From: Acidobacteriota bacterium
GTDB taxonomy: Bacteria > Acidobacteriota > UBA4820 > DSQY01
Assembly (NCBI GenBank): GCA_049967655.1
Contig: JBMFSH010000019.1
Location: forward strand, 1-52,366
Direction of reading: 5' to 3'
DNA length: 52,366 nt
Numbering within the stretch: the stretch's first letter is position 1; each line of letters starts with the position of its first letter. The position numbers and the translations under genes were made by a program. Below the pieces are notes generated by a model. That model was not told the origin of the DNA. It did no database searches and saw only the letters and a program-made list of their open reading frames with translations. Positions 1 through 9,910 of the stretch are shown here, piece after piece.

Positions 1-133
1 TCCCGAACCGCCGGGCTTAGCTCGCGGTTCGGGGGGCAAGGCCATGGCCCTCCCCGTCCAGGAGACAACGCCTTTCCTCCGTGAACCCGTGCGGTAGCCG
101 GAGGCACCCGCGTTTTCATCGCGGAACTTGGGG
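1..133. repeat. Dispersed structured repeat family A, copy 1 (left end may be cut by the window edge)
   Basis: 48-77 (30 bp) and 105-126 (22 bp) are identical to 12647-12676 and 12704-12725 with no gap between blocks; 10-bp perfect stem 2-11/24-33 capped by C-GGGC-TTA-GCTC. Confidence 0.85.
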
Positions 134-161
134 ACATGGATCTCCTTGTTCCCGACCGGTC

Positions 162-1367
162 TCAACGCCCCAGGACGACCCGGTTGCGTCCCTCGTCCTT
201 GGCTCTGTAGAGGGCCCGGTCCGCGCCTTTCAGAGCGGAGAGTATATCCTGAGACGAGGCGGCTTCGGCCACTCCTATGCTCACGCTGACGAAGGCTCGC
301 CGAGCCTGTGTCCCGCTCGGCGCGGGGCGATCGGGCTTCTTTCTGGGCCGCCGGCCGGCCCGGATCGCAAAGCTCTGGGCAGCCACGGCCCGCCTCACGC
401 GCTCAAGGTGGGGGAGGGCCTGTTCGGCCCCGCAGCCGCGGAAGAGGATGGTGAACTCCTCCCCGCCGTAACGGAAGGCCTGCCCGCCTCCTCCGGCTTC
501 CGAGAGGCGCGCGGCCACCATCTTCAACACCTGGTCGCCGGCGTCGTGGCCGTATCGGTCATTGAACCGCTTGAAGTGGTCCACGTCCACCATGGCCACC
601 GTGGTCCGTCCGCCGACGGAGGCCAGCGCCTCTTCCAGGGCCCGCCGCCCTGGCAGTCCCGTGAGTTCGTCGCGGTAGGCCAGGCGGTGGGAAGTCTCCA
701 CCACCGACAAGCCCACGATCAGCGCCGCCGCCGTCAGGTAGAGCGCGGGGAGGGGACCCGATCCGCGAGAGTCCAGCGCCAGGAAGGCGCCGGCCAGGGC
801 CCAGATGAAGGCCGAATCCTGAGCGCTCCTCCGAATGCCGTACCCGACGCAGAGAGCCACGGCGGCCACCGCGAAGGCGGCCAGGGCGGGCTGCGGCAGC
901 CCCCATTGCGCCAGCCATTCCGAAGAGGAGAAGCGGCCGAGGAGGAACCTCTCTCCGGCGCGGGGAAAGAGCAGGAGGGCCGCGGCCGCCAGCGCGGGCT
1001 GGAGGAGGAGTGCGGTGAGCCGGAGGAGGCCGGATCGGCTCATCACGCCCCGCTCCCTGAGGAGCCCCGCGGCGGCCAGGTTCAAGGGCAGGAGCAGGGC
1101 TGCCGCCCCGAAGGCCTGCATCCCCAAGCGCTCCAGGAGGAGCTGGGTCAGCGCGATGGCCATCAGGGCGTAGAGGGCTCGGCTGCGGCCAAACCGCCAG
1201 GCCAGGAGGGTGGCTGCGATGAGGACGGTCCCCGAAACGTAGGGCGCGGCCGCCGGCCACCACGCCGTGAGGAGTCCCGCCCGGACCATCAGGGACAGCA
1301 GGAGAAGGAGCGCCCCGCCGGGGAGGCAAAAGGCTGCGATGCCGCGAATCCAATCCCGCTTGGCCAC
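162..1367 (-). CDS. Membrane-anchored diguanylate cyclase (GGDEF domain)
   Basis: Multiple hydrophobic N-terminal helices; DELTGL, DVDHFKRFNDRYGHDAGD and RYGGEEF motifs; no RxxD I-site. Confidence 0.93.
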   Translation of the reverse strand: MAKRDWIRGIAAFCLPGGALLLLLSLMVRAGLLTAWWPAAAPYVSGTVLIAATLLAWRFGRSRALYALMAIALTQLLLERLGMQAFGAAALLLPLNLAAAGLLRERGVMSRSGLLRLTALLLQPALAAAALLLFPRAGERFLLGRFSSSEWLAQWGLPQPALAAFAVAAVALCVGYGIRRSAQDSAFIWALAGAFLALDSRGSGPLPALYLTAAALIVGLSVVETSHRLAYRDELTGLPGRRALEEALASVGGRTTVAMVDVDHFKRFNDRYGHDAGDQVLKMVAARLSEAGGGGQAFRYGGEEFTILFRGCGAEQALPHLERVRRAVAAQSFAIRAGRRPRKKPDRPAPSGTQARRAFVSVSIGVAEAASSQDILSALKGADRALYRAKDEGRNRVVLGR

Positions 1368-1698
1368 CCGCTCCCCCCTCGCTCTGCGCCTCGTCCGGTG
1401 CGCGGACGGGCCATTGTATTCGCGCGTCGCGTCGAGAGTCTAGAACGGCCGATGGTCTGTTGGCGGTGGCGGATCAGAGGGGCGGTGAGCAGCGAATAGG
1501 ACTGCCATAAACCGTGGTGGAGCCCGAACCGGACAGCGTCTTTCGATGCGAGAGTGCGGCGCCACGCGCCTGCCTCAGGCCCTTCCGGCGCTCCCCGCGA
1601 GCATGAGCGGCTCTTCGGACGACGCGCCGAAAGCAGCGGCGCATCGGCCGTGGACAGGGGGAGGGGCGCCGCCTATCATGAGCCGGGAGGAGGTCCCC

Positions 1699-2910
1699 AT
1701 GAACCCCTGGCGCTCTCTGGGGGGCCTGGACCGCGCGGTCTGGGTCCTCTGCGCCACGACCCTCATCAACCGCATGGGCACCATGGTGCTGCCCTTCCTC
1801 GTGCTCTACCTGAGCAGAGGGCTCCACCTCTCGCCCGCCCAGGCGGGCCTGGCCCTCACCGTGTACGGCGCGGGGGCGCTCCTGATGGGCCCCTTCGCGG
1901 GCAGGCTCTGCGACCGGGTGGGCGCCCTCGGGATCATGGCCGCCTCGCTATTCCTGTCGGGGGCCGCTCTCCTGCTCTTCCCGCTGGTGCGGGGGTTCGG
2001 TCCCGTTCTCGCGGCGACCTTCCTCTGGGCTCTGGTGAACGAGGCCTACCGTCCGGCCGCCATGGCCCTTCTCGCGGGGCTGGCCGCCCCCGGCCAGCGG
2101 AAGGCCGTCTTCGCCCTCAATCGCCTAGCCGTGAACCTGGGCATGAGCGTCGGACCGGCCCTGGGCGGTTTTCTGGCCATGGTGGACTTCCGGTGGCTCT
2201 TCTGGGTGGACGGGGCCACCTCGCTCCTCGCCTTCGGATTCCTGTGGCTCATGACGCCGCGGCGCGAGACCTGCGCGGGCCGGGGCGCGACCTCCCCGGA
2301 GGATGAGGGAGCCGGTGCTCCTTCGGAGCGGGCCCTCGCCAATGGCCCCTTCCTCTTCTTCCTGGCCGCCATCGTGCCGACGGTCGTCGTCTTCTTCCAG
2401 ATCGACGCGGCCTTTCCGCTCCACCTCGTGAAGGACCTCCACATGCCGGAGGCGGTCTACGGCCTCTTCTTCACCGTGAACACGGTGCTGATCATCTTTC
2501 TGGAGGTCCCCCTCAATGGCGCCATGGCCCGGTGGTCCCACCGGCGCTCGCTGGCCCTGGGCGCGCTCCTGACCGGAGCCGGCTTCGGGGCGCTCGCCCT
2601 GGCCGGCGGCTACTGGAGCGTCGGGATGACCGTCGTGATCTGGACCTTCGGCGAGATGATCCTGTTCCCGGGCAGCGCTGCGGCGGTGGCGGATTGGGCG
2701 CCCCCCGACCGGAGGGGGGAGTACATGGGGCTCTACGCCATGACCTTCAGCCTCTGTTTCACGGCCGGGCCGTGGCTCGGGACCCTGGTCCTGGAGAAGC
2801 TCGGACCGCGCCCCCTGTGGGGCCTCTGCCTTCTCCTTGGGTGCTGCACGGCGGCCATGGTGGGTTCCATGGGGAGCCTCGGTGGCCGCCGCGAGGCCGC
2901 CGCGGCCTGA
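1699..2910 (+). CDS. MFS transporter
   Basis: About 12 hydrophobic segments, motif A-like GRLCDRVG; start moved to ATG 1699 behind GGAGGAGG. Confidence 0.9.
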   Translation: MNPWRSLGGLDRAVWVLCATTLINRMGTMVLPFLVLYLSRGLHLSPAQAGLALTVYGAGALLMGPFAGRLCDRVGALGIMAASLFLSGAALLLFPLVRGFGPVLAATFLWALVNEAYRPAAMALLAGLAAPGQRKAVFALNRLAVNLGMSVGPALGGFLAMVDFRWLFWVDGATSLLAFGFLWLMTPRRETCAGRGATSPEDEGAGAPSERALANGPFLFFLAAIVPTVVVFFQIDAAFPLHLVKDLHMPEAVYGLFFTVNTVLIIFLEVPLNGAMARWSHRRSLALGALLTGAGFGALALAGGYWSVGMTVVIWTFGEMILFPGSAAAVADWAPPDRRGEYMGLYAMTFSLCFTAGPWLGTLVLEKLGPRPLWGLCLLLGCCTAAMVGSMGSLGGRREAAAA

Positions 2911-2941
2911 GCGGCGTCCCCGGCGGGATGGGAGGTGACGG

Positions 2942-4129
2942 ATGGAGCGGTGGAGGGCGGAGAGCTGGCCGAGAGTCATCCTCCATGCCGACATGGACGC
3001 CTTCTTCGCGGCCGTGGAGCAGCGCGACCGACCCGAACTGAAGGGGAGGCCCCTCCTCGTGGGAGGCACGGGCAGCCGGGGCGTCGTCTCCACCGCCAGC
3101 TACGAGGCGCGCCCCTTCGGATGCCGCAGCGCCATGCCGATGGCCCAGGCCCGGCGCCTCTGCCCGCACGCCGTGGTCCTGCCGCCCGACTTCGACCGCT
3201 ACAAGGCCGTGTCGGAGGTGGTCATGGGGGTCTTCGCCCGCTTCTCACCTCTGGTCGAGCCCCTCAGCCTGGACGAGGCCTTTCTGGACATGACCGGCGC
3301 CGAGGGCCTGTTCGGGCCGCCCGAGGAGATGGGGCGCCGGATCAGGAGGGAGGTCGCGGAGGCCACGCGGGGGCTCACCATCTCCGTGGGGTTGGCGCCC
3401 TGCAAGTTCGTCGCGAAGGTGGCCAGCGATGTCCGGAAGCCGGACGGGCTGATGGTGGTGCCGCCCGCAGAGGTGACGGCCTTTCTCTGGCCCCTCGACG
3501 TGTCACGGCTCTGGGGCGTCGGGCCCAAGACGAGGGAGCAGCTCGAGGGAATGGGCCTTCGGAGCATCGGCGACGTGGCCCGCGCGCCGCTGGAGAGGCT
3601 GGAGGCGCGCCTCGGCGAGTGGGGTCGGCGGATTCACGAGCTGGCCTGGGGTGTGGACGACCGCCCCGTTCTCTCCGAACGGGAGACCAAGAGCGTCGGC
3701 GCCGAGACCACCCTGGAGAAGGACGTGGTCGGAGAGGGGGCGATCCGGCCGCACCTGCACCAAGCCGCGGCCAAGGTGGGACGCCACCTGCGCGCCGAAG
3801 GCCTCCTCGCCGGGGCCGTGCGGGTCAAGCTCAAGACCTCCGGCTTCCGCATCCTGAGCCGGCAGATGGCCCTCGCCGGTCCCACCGACTCGGACCGGGA
3901 GCTGGAGAGGGCGGCGGAGGCGCTCCTCGGCCAGTTCGACCTCACCATCCCCATGCGCCTGGTGGGCATGGCCGCCTTCGATCTCTCGCCCGCGGGGCAG
4001 CGTCCCGTGCAGGGGGGGCTCTTCTCAGCGGGAGAGCGGGAGCGCGAGCGCAAGCTGGACAGGACGCTGGACGAGCTTCGCCGGCGCTTCGGAGAGGACG
4101 CCGTCCGGTGGGGCGGAGAGGAGGAGTGA
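2942..4129 (+). CDS. dinB: DNA polymerase IV (Y family)
   Basis: HADMDAFFAAVE, ASYEARPFG, SLDEAFLD, KPDG and LWGVGPKT motifs; GGAGG RBS. Confidence 0.95.
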   Translation: MERWRAESWPRVILHADMDAFFAAVEQRDRPELKGRPLLVGGTGSRGVVSTASYEARPFGCRSAMPMAQARRLCPHAVVLPPDFDRYKAVSEVVMGVFARFSPLVEPLSLDEAFLDMTGAEGLFGPPEEMGRRIRREVAEATRGLTISVGLAPCKFVAKVASDVRKPDGLMVVPPAEVTAFLWPLDVSRLWGVGPKTREQLEGMGLRSIGDVARAPLERLEARLGEWGRRIHELAWGVDDRPVLSERETKSVGAETTLEKDVVGEGAIRPHLHQAAAKVGRHLRAEGLLAGAVRVKLKTSGFRILSRQMALAGPTDSDRELERAAEALLGQFDLTIPMRLVGMAAFDLSPAGQRPVQGGLFSAGERERERKLDRTLDELRRRFGEDAVRWGGEEE

Positions 4130-4267
4130 AGCCGGCTCTCGGAAATAGGTGCGGCCAGGGCGGGGGTTAGGGAGAAGTGGGAAGGTGGCACCGTCCGGCG
4201 ATGCAACCCCGCCGAAGGCCGACCGACCGAACCCACCGGCGCCAAAGCGGCGCCAAGGAGAGCGCGG

Positions 4268-4588
4268 ATGGTCTTTCAGATTGCGGCGACGATCGTGTAC
4301 GGGCTCCTCATCGCGGGGGGAGGGGTGGTCGGGTTCGTGGCGGCCAAGAGCGTTCCCTCCCTGATTTCGGGAGGCCTGCTGGGCCTGGCGGCCCTCGCGG
4401 GGGGGCTCCTGATGGCCGTGGGGCATCCGGTCGGCTTCCGGCTCGCGGTGGCGGCGGCCGCGCTGACCGGGGCTTTCTTCGGGGTCAAACTAGCCACTGG
4501 GCTGGCCAAGGGCAAACCGGTCGGACGGGCGGCGGGAATCCTCGCCCTCAGCTTGGCGGAGCTGGCGATCCTGGCCTTCATCGGGTGA
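4268..4588 (+). CDS. TMEM14-family small membrane protein
   Basis: 106 aa, four hydrophobic helices, YGLLIAGGGVVGFVAAKSVPSLISG resembles the TMEM14 N-terminal pattern; AAGGAG RBS. Confidence 0.8.
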   Translation: MVFQIAATIVYGLLIAGGGVVGFVAAKSVPSLISGGLLGLAALAGGLLMAVGHPVGFRLAVAAAALTGAFFGVKLATGLAKGKPVGRAAGILALSLAELAILAFIG

Positions 4589-4730
4589 GGAAGGCGCGCT
4601 CCCCTGTTGCACCAGGGGCCACCGGCATCACCTTCCATGAGGTGGAGCGGATCAACCGCTTCGCTTCTGTCAAGTCCATGGAGCCCCGATTCCGAGATCG
4701 AATTTCGTGTGAAGGAGCGCCGCGCGCGGA

Positions 4731-7133
4731 TCATCCCGCCTCGACCTCGAAATCCTCCCCTTCCCATCTCGCCACATCGGGCCAGTAGAAGGTGAACCGC
4801 ACCGAGGCCCCCGCCGGCATTCCGGCCGCCGGCAGATCGACCACGTGGATCCCCAGCCCGGTGGACCGGCTTTCCGTATCCCGCGCCGAGGCCCAGCCGT
4901 CGGTGCTCCAGTGGACCACGGCCCGCTGGAGGGTCTCTATGCGCAGGTCCAATCCGCGGCCCTCCAGGCGGCGGCACTTGTGGCCGAAGCGCCACACCCT
5001 GAATCGGGGGGCCGGTGGGTCGCGCAGATAACGCTGCGCGGTCTGCGGCGGCAAGTCGAAGATGCGTCCCTCCTTGAGGGAGCGCAGCAGCTTCAGGTAC
5101 TCGGCGTGGGCCCAGACGAGCGGCATGGCCGAGCCCGAGGGGCGGCCGAGGAAGAGCTCGCGGGCGGGGATGTCGGCCCCGTCCCACACCTGCTCGGGCA
5201 GCATCCCCCCCGTGCCGGCCAGGGCCTCCATGGCGTGCAGCAGCCGCCTCGCCTCCTCCCTCCGGCCGGCGGCCAGCTCGTAGTGGGCCCGCTCCCCCGT
5301 GAGAAGGGGCCAGGGCCGGCCCACGCCCGTTCCGTCGAAGGGGCTCCCGTCTTCGTGCTCCCCGTAGCCGTCGCCGCTGTAACGCTTCCAGCAAGGGCCG
5401 GCAGGCGTCATGACCCTCAGCCGGGCGTCCAGCGCCCGGAGGGTGTCCAGGATGCGGGGGTCGTCCGGCGCGCGCAGGCCGAAACGGACGAGGGCCAGGG
5501 CGTCCGGACTGAGGATCTGGGCGGCGGGGGCGGCGCTCTGGCCGATGGGGCGGTTCTTGATGGGCACGAAGCCCTGCACGGGCGAGCAGGCGTCTGCCGA
5601 GTCCGGCGGTGCGATGCGGACGTAATAGCCCGAAACGCCCAGCTCGGCGGCCAGCTCCGTCCCCGTGGCGAAGGTCCAGCGCTCGATGGAGTCGTTCCAC
5701 GCGTCGGCCGTCTCCCGCAGGTAGGCGGCCGCCTCGCCCTCCCCGGCGCCCTCGGCCCACTCGGCGGCTGCCAGCAGGGCGGCCACCGTCACGGCCAGGG
5801 TAAAGGGCGAATAGCCGGGATCCTCTTCCCAGCGGTCCTGCTGCGTCACCGGCCCGTTCTGGACGAGGAAGGCGGCGGCGCTTCGGACCATGGGCCAGAG
5901 CCGGGCGGCCTCCTCCGGCCCCACGGCCTTGTTTCTGAGGGCCAGGTCGCAGAGCAGGACCGGGAATGCCGTCTCGTCGAGCTGGACCCCTCGCCAGTAT
6001 GGGTTGCCGTCGAGCCACATGTTCTGCGGCCAGTGGCCGTCCTCGCACTGGGTGGCCTGGAGGTAGCGGAGAACGCGCCGGGCGTCCCGGCGGGCCCCCA
6101 GCGCGAGCAGGCCGCCCGCCGTTTCCACCAGGTCCCTTGGCCACAGGAGGTGGTACCCGCCCAAGTCGTCGTCACCCTTGGCCTGTCCCCAGGGCACGCT
6201 CAGGCTGGCGATGAGGCCGCCCGGGAAGGCCTTGGACTCGTGGCTCTTGAGCACCATGGCGCTGGTGCGGAAGAGGCTGCCGCGGTGAGGGCGGCGCTCC
6301 AGGGGCATGAGCTCCTCCTGCCACCGCCGCCACTCTTCCACAAACGCCGAGCGGACGGCATCGAAGCCTTCCAGGATGCTGCTTCTGGCGCGCTGGCCTG
6401 CCTCCCATTCGTTCTCTCCAAAGCCGAGGGCGAGCAGGAAGCCGTCCGCCGAAGGGTCCAGGGCGATCTCGCCGGTGAGAGCCACGTTGCCGTTCTCCGC
6501 CCGGTCGTAGAACCAGGTCATCCGGAAGTGGCGAACGAGGTCCTGCCAGCCGTCGGAAGAGCCGGAGAAGCCCGCCGAACGGCCCCGCCAGGGGAGCGAG
6601 GAGGCCAGCGCCAGGGCGTAGCCGTGCCGCCGCGCGAAGAGCATGGGCACGCCCTTGTAGTCGCCGCACCAAGCCGTATTGCCGGAGCCGCGGTTGTGGA
6701 GATGGGGCGCGAGCAGGACGTGGAGCCGGTAGCGCTCGGCGGGGCCGGTGAGGGGATGGAAGCGGACGCGCTGGAGGAGCACGGGGCGGGCCGGGTCCGA
6801 GAGGATCTCCTTCTCGATCCGGTAGCGGCCCTCCCGGCAGGCGTTCTCCATGCGGTAGAGCGGGATGCCCTCCTTAGGGAGGGTGATGGTGCTCTCGGTG
6901 TGGCGCTTCTCCTCCGAGAAAAAAGACTCCCCGTCGGTGACGATGAGCTGGAGGTCCCGGATGCAGGCCGTGTCTAGCCTGGGAAAGTAGACCTCGTTCA
7001 CGATGCCATGGCTCAGCGTGTACCAGAGCGGGCTGGAGCGCCCCGCCGAGGTGCCGACGCCGCACTTGGCGCTCGAGGTCCATGTGGGCGAGATTCCCGG
7101 CCAACCGGGGGCGAAGCGCGGTGAATCCGGCAT
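4731..7133 (-). CDS. Glucan 1,4-alpha-glucosidase (glucodextranase/glucoamylase, GH15)
   Basis: APGWPGISPTWTSSAK N-terminus, GGYHLLWPRD, QDRWEE and LPEQVW catalytic Glu regions, SAMPLVWAHAEY; ATG 7133 behind AGGAGG. Confidence 0.92.
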   Translation of the reverse strand: MPDSPRFAPGWPGISPTWTSSAKCGVGTSAGRSSPLWYTLSHGIVNEVYFPRLDTACIRDLQLIVTDGESFFSEEKRHTESTITLPKEGIPLYRMENACREGRYRIEKEILSDPARPVLLQRVRFHPLTGPAERYRLHVLLAPHLHNRGSGNTAWCGDYKGVPMLFARRHGYALALASSLPWRGRSAGFSGSSDGWQDLVRHFRMTWFYDRAENGNVALTGEIALDPSADGFLLALGFGENEWEAGQRARSSILEGFDAVRSAFVEEWRRWQEELMPLERRPHRGSLFRTSAMVLKSHESKAFPGGLIASLSVPWGQAKGDDDLGGYHLLWPRDLVETAGGLLALGARRDARRVLRYLQATQCEDGHWPQNMWLDGNPYWRGVQLDETAFPVLLCDLALRNKAVGPEEAARLWPMVRSAAAFLVQNGPVTQQDRWEEDPGYSPFTLAVTVAALLAAAEWAEGAGEGEAAAYLRETADAWNDSIERWTFATGTELAAELGVSGYYVRIAPPDSADACSPVQGFVPIKNRPIGQSAAPAAQILSPDALALVRFGLRAPDDPRILDTLRALDARLRVMTPAGPCWKRYSGDGYGEHEDGSPFDGTGVGRPWPLLTGERAHYELAAGRREEARRLLHAMEALAGTGGMLPEQVWDGADIPARELFLGRPSGSAMPLVWAHAEYLKLLRSLKEGRIFDLPPQTAQRYLRDPPAPRFRVWRFGHKCRRLEGRGLDLRIETLQRAVVHWSTDGWASARDTESRSTGLGIHVVDLPAAGMPAGASVRFTFYWPDVARWEGEDFEVEAG

Positions 7134-7154
7134 GTCCGACACCTCCTAGCTCGG

Positions 7155-7516
7155 ATGGCCCCGCCCATCCCAGCAGTGATTGTAACGCCCCTTCGGCCCT
7201 TTCCATGGCAGCGCGCCGGACTCCCCCTCCTTCGGAACCGGGCGATGGCTCGCGCAGTCCGGCGCATGGACGTTGTGGGAGCCGCCGGCTCGACGGGCGG
7301 AGGGACCGTCGGGGGAGCCGCCAGCCGAAGCGCCAGGGAGAAAGCGGCCAGTCGCATGGGACCTCCATTGGATGAAGTATAGCGCCGGTGCATTCCGGAA
7401 AGCCGTTGGACTCAAGCGGCGTGTCCGATGGCGGTGACTGCTTCGAGCCGGCCACCCTGCACCGCAAGCCGGTCGCCGTATGGTGGCTCGTCACGATCAA
7501 CTTCAGGTTGAGCTGA
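7155..7516 (+). pseudogene. Decayed energy-transducer TonB-like gene remnant
   Basis: Frame 7421-7516 reads ...FEPATLHRKPVAVWWLVTINFRLS*, resembling a TonB C-terminus; upstream Pro/Gly-rich fragment (VVGAAGSTGGGTVGG) is interrupted by a stop at 7380-7382. Confidence 0.5.
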
Positions 7517-7550
7517 ACTTGAAGGTCGGCGGAAGCATGGAAGCGGCCCG

Positions 7551-7802
7551 CCGTTTCGGGCGCCGCCCATCTCGGGCGGGCCTGGAAGGTGGAGCGAGGC
7601 CCAGGTGGTGACCTTCTTGAAGACGGGCGGGAAACCGGACGGCTCCATGGCCCGCCCGCCCATGCCCCCGTTCAGGCTACACCACGAGCAGGCCTTGGGC
7701 GTGGCCTCCTATCTGCGCTCCCTGCCTCCTCCGGCCGCCCGATCCGGGGCAGATCCGGCTTCGGCGAAGGAGATCAAGGACTGGGACCAGGGAGGCGGCT
7801 GA
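7551..7802 (+). pseudogene. C-terminal fragment of a c-type cytochrome (no CxxCH, no signal peptide)
   Basis: APPISGGPGRWSEAQVVTFLKTGGKPDGSMARPPMPPFRLHHEQALGVASYLRSL resembles the distal-Met half of class I cytochromes c; in-frame stop at 7509 removes the heme-binding half. Confidence 0.55.
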
Positions 7803-7900
7803 TGTCTGTGGAGCGGGGCCGGTTCGCCAGCCTCGCTCCTTTCTAGCACCGGCGTGGAGGGCCCCGCGACAGCCCTGCGCGGGCCTGCTAGACTCGGGCC

Positions 7901-8668
7901 ATGCGGGCGACCATCCTGTACGAGGACGAACACCTCCTGGCCATCGCCAAACCCGCCGGCCTCAGCCTGGCAACGCCCGCCAGGGAGGAGGGAGCGGCCG
8001 TCCGGCGCCTGCTGGAGGCCCTGCCCGCGGCCCATCGGCGAAGGGCCCGGAGCGGCGACGGGGGACCGTGGCTGCTGCACCGACTCGACGTCAGCACCTC
8101 CGGAGTGGTCCTGTTAGCCAGGAGCGCCGAGGCTCAGAGGCTCTATTCGGGGTTACTGTCGGCCAGGGCGGTGGAGAAGCGCTACCTCGCCCTCGCGTGG
8201 GGCCGCTTCGATCCGCCGGAGGGAAGGCTGGAGTGGCCCATCGGGCCGGACCGCGGCGACCGCCGGCGCATGGCCGTGGACCCCGGCGGCAAGCGGGCCG
8301 TCACGCACTACCGGACGCTTCAGGCCCGCGTGGAGGCCTCTCTCCTGGAATTCCGCCTGGAGACCGGACGCACCCACCAAATCCGCGTCCACGCCTCCCA
8401 CGCCGGCCATCCCCTCCTGGGAGACGACCTCTACGGCCGCCTGCGGGATCTCCCGCCGGGCCTGAGTGCCGCCCGCAGAAGGTCCCTCCAGCCGGGGAGG
8501 TGCCTGCTCCACGCCTTCGTCCTCAGCGTTCCGGCCACGGACCTCGCCCCCGCCCTGACCCTCGCCGCGCCGCCCCCCGAGGAGTTCGCGCACACCTGCC
8601 GTCTGCTGGGCATGGAGCCGCCCTCGGCGCCGACAGGCGTCATCGTCCCCGCACACGGGCCGGGGTAA
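7901..8668 (+). CDS. RluA-family RNA pseudouridine synthase (no S4 domain)
   Basis: LYEDEHLLAIAKPAGL, HRLDVSTSG (catalytic Asp), LETGRTHQIRVH, HPLLGDDLYG. Confidence 0.93.
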   Translation: MRATILYEDEHLLAIAKPAGLSLATPAREEGAAVRRLLEALPAAHRRRARSGDGGPWLLHRLDVSTSGVVLLARSAEAQRLYSGLLSARAVEKRYLALAWGRFDPPEGRLEWPIGPDRGDRRRMAVDPGGKRAVTHYRTLQARVEASLLEFRLETGRTHQIRVHASHAGHPLLGDDLYGRLRDLPPGLSAARRRSLQPGRCLLHAFVLSVPATDLAPALTLAAPPPEEFAHTCRLLGMEPPSAPTGVIVPAHGPG

Positions 8669-8934
8669 TAGAGGGTCTTCCGCTCTTTGAGGTACGCCAC
8701 GGAGGCATCGCCGAGGGCCGACGGAGCGGGAGAGGAAGCTGCCCCGGCTGAAGCTCACGAGAAGGACGTTGGCGGGATCCTTCTTCAGCTCCTCCATGGT
8801 CGACAGGAAGGTCCTGGAAGAGTGAACCCGGTGGAAATCGGTGTTGCGTTCGATCTGTCCCGGGTCGTGAAAGCCGGCGGCCTTCCGGAGGTGTGGAGGA
8901 GGGGAGGCGGTGATTCAGGCCGGGCGGACCGGAA

Positions 8935-9411
8935 TCATTGGGAGGCCATGGGCGCCGCTTCGACGCGGGTGGTTCCATCGGCCGCGGTCAGCACCTGCAC
9001 CCTCTCCCCAGGCGTGAAGGCGACCTTGCCGCTTTGTACCACGGCGATGAGGCGGCCGTCGTCCATGTGGATGGTGATCTGCTGCCCCTCTTGGCGCGAG
9101 GCACTCTCCTCGGCCGCGGCGCCGGCCAACCCTCCGAGAAGAGCCCCGGCCACGGTGGTGATGACCTGCCCAGTGCCGCCTCCCATGGCGTTGCCAGCGG
9201 CGCCCCCGATGACGGCGCCCGCCATCGGGCCCACGCCGGTCTGGGGCCCCTGGATGAGGACCGAGCGGACGCCGTCCACCGTACCGTACTGGACGCTCAT
9301 GGGCTGGTAGGCTTCGTTGAGCGAGTAGTCGCGATTGGACATCCTGGGCGCGCAGCCGGAGAGAAGGATCGTAGCCGAGAGAAGAGCTGCGGTGGATAAG
9401 GAGGCTTTCAT
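8935..9411 (-). CDS. Glycine-zipper 2TM outer-membrane lipoprotein (SlyB/Pcp-like)
   Basis: Lipobox LLSGC, VQYGTV, GAVIGGAAGNAMGGG and GALLGGLAG glycine zipper; ATG 9411 behind GAGGAG. Confidence 0.88.
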   Translation of the reverse strand: MKASLSTAALLSATILLSGCAPRMSNRDYSLNEAYQPMSVQYGTVDGVRSVLIQGPQTGVGPMAGAVIGGAAGNAMGGGTGQVITTVAGALLGGLAGAAAEESASRQEGQQITIHMDDGRLIAVVQSGKVAFTPGERVQVLTAADGTTRVEAAPMASQ

Positions 9412-9578
9412 GGTCTCACTCCTCTTTTCTGCCTCTCCTCCCTCTTCCAGTACCAATATGCACCCTTGTGCTCTCTTTGTGAAGTGCTGGCGCTCACCTT
9501 CGCGCGCATCGGGCGGGAATCCGCCGGGGCGAAAGAGGATGACGGGGGAGCAAGGACGGGGCGAAAACGACCCTGCGC

Positions 9579-9677
9579 CATGCCTGTCCCCAAGAGATTG
9601 CGCTACCGGCTCCGAACCATGCCTGTGGCTGGGCCGCGCCTTGGACTCGGCGCTGGGGGCCTGGTCCGAGCGCGCCC
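9579..9677. repeat. Dispersed repeat family B, copy 1
   Basis: Gapless 99-bp alignment to 52268-52366 with 75/99 identities by manual count. Confidence 0.8.
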
Positions 9678-9910
9678 GCGCCAGCATGGCCGCGCTCCGG
9701 CCTCAGTTCCTCAGCCGCCCTTCGGGCGCCAGGCCAAGCCTCATCCGATACGAACCGTCCCCCCACCCTTCAGACGTTCTCGCCTTCTTTCTCGCCCGAA
9801 CCTTCGATTTGACAGAACGGTGGGTAGGGTGGAAAAGAGTAGTGCTGCGGTCGGTCCGGTGAGAAGAGCAGTTCACCGGCAGGGGGCGCGCGCGGCTAAG
9901 GAGGTTGAGC

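Noticed and set aside
2942..4129. dinB as part of an imuABC mutagenesis cassette or mobile element
   Set aside because: Catalytic motifs are intact as in Pol IV; no imuA, dnaE2 or lexA nearby.
4589..4730. Short ORF-like reads between the TMEM14 and GH15 genes
   Set aside because: Too short, no recognisable family or convincing RBS.
9809..9846. TTGACA upstream of the prolyl oligopeptidase as a sigma70 promoter
   Set aside because: No acceptable -10 hexamer at 16-18 bp spacing.
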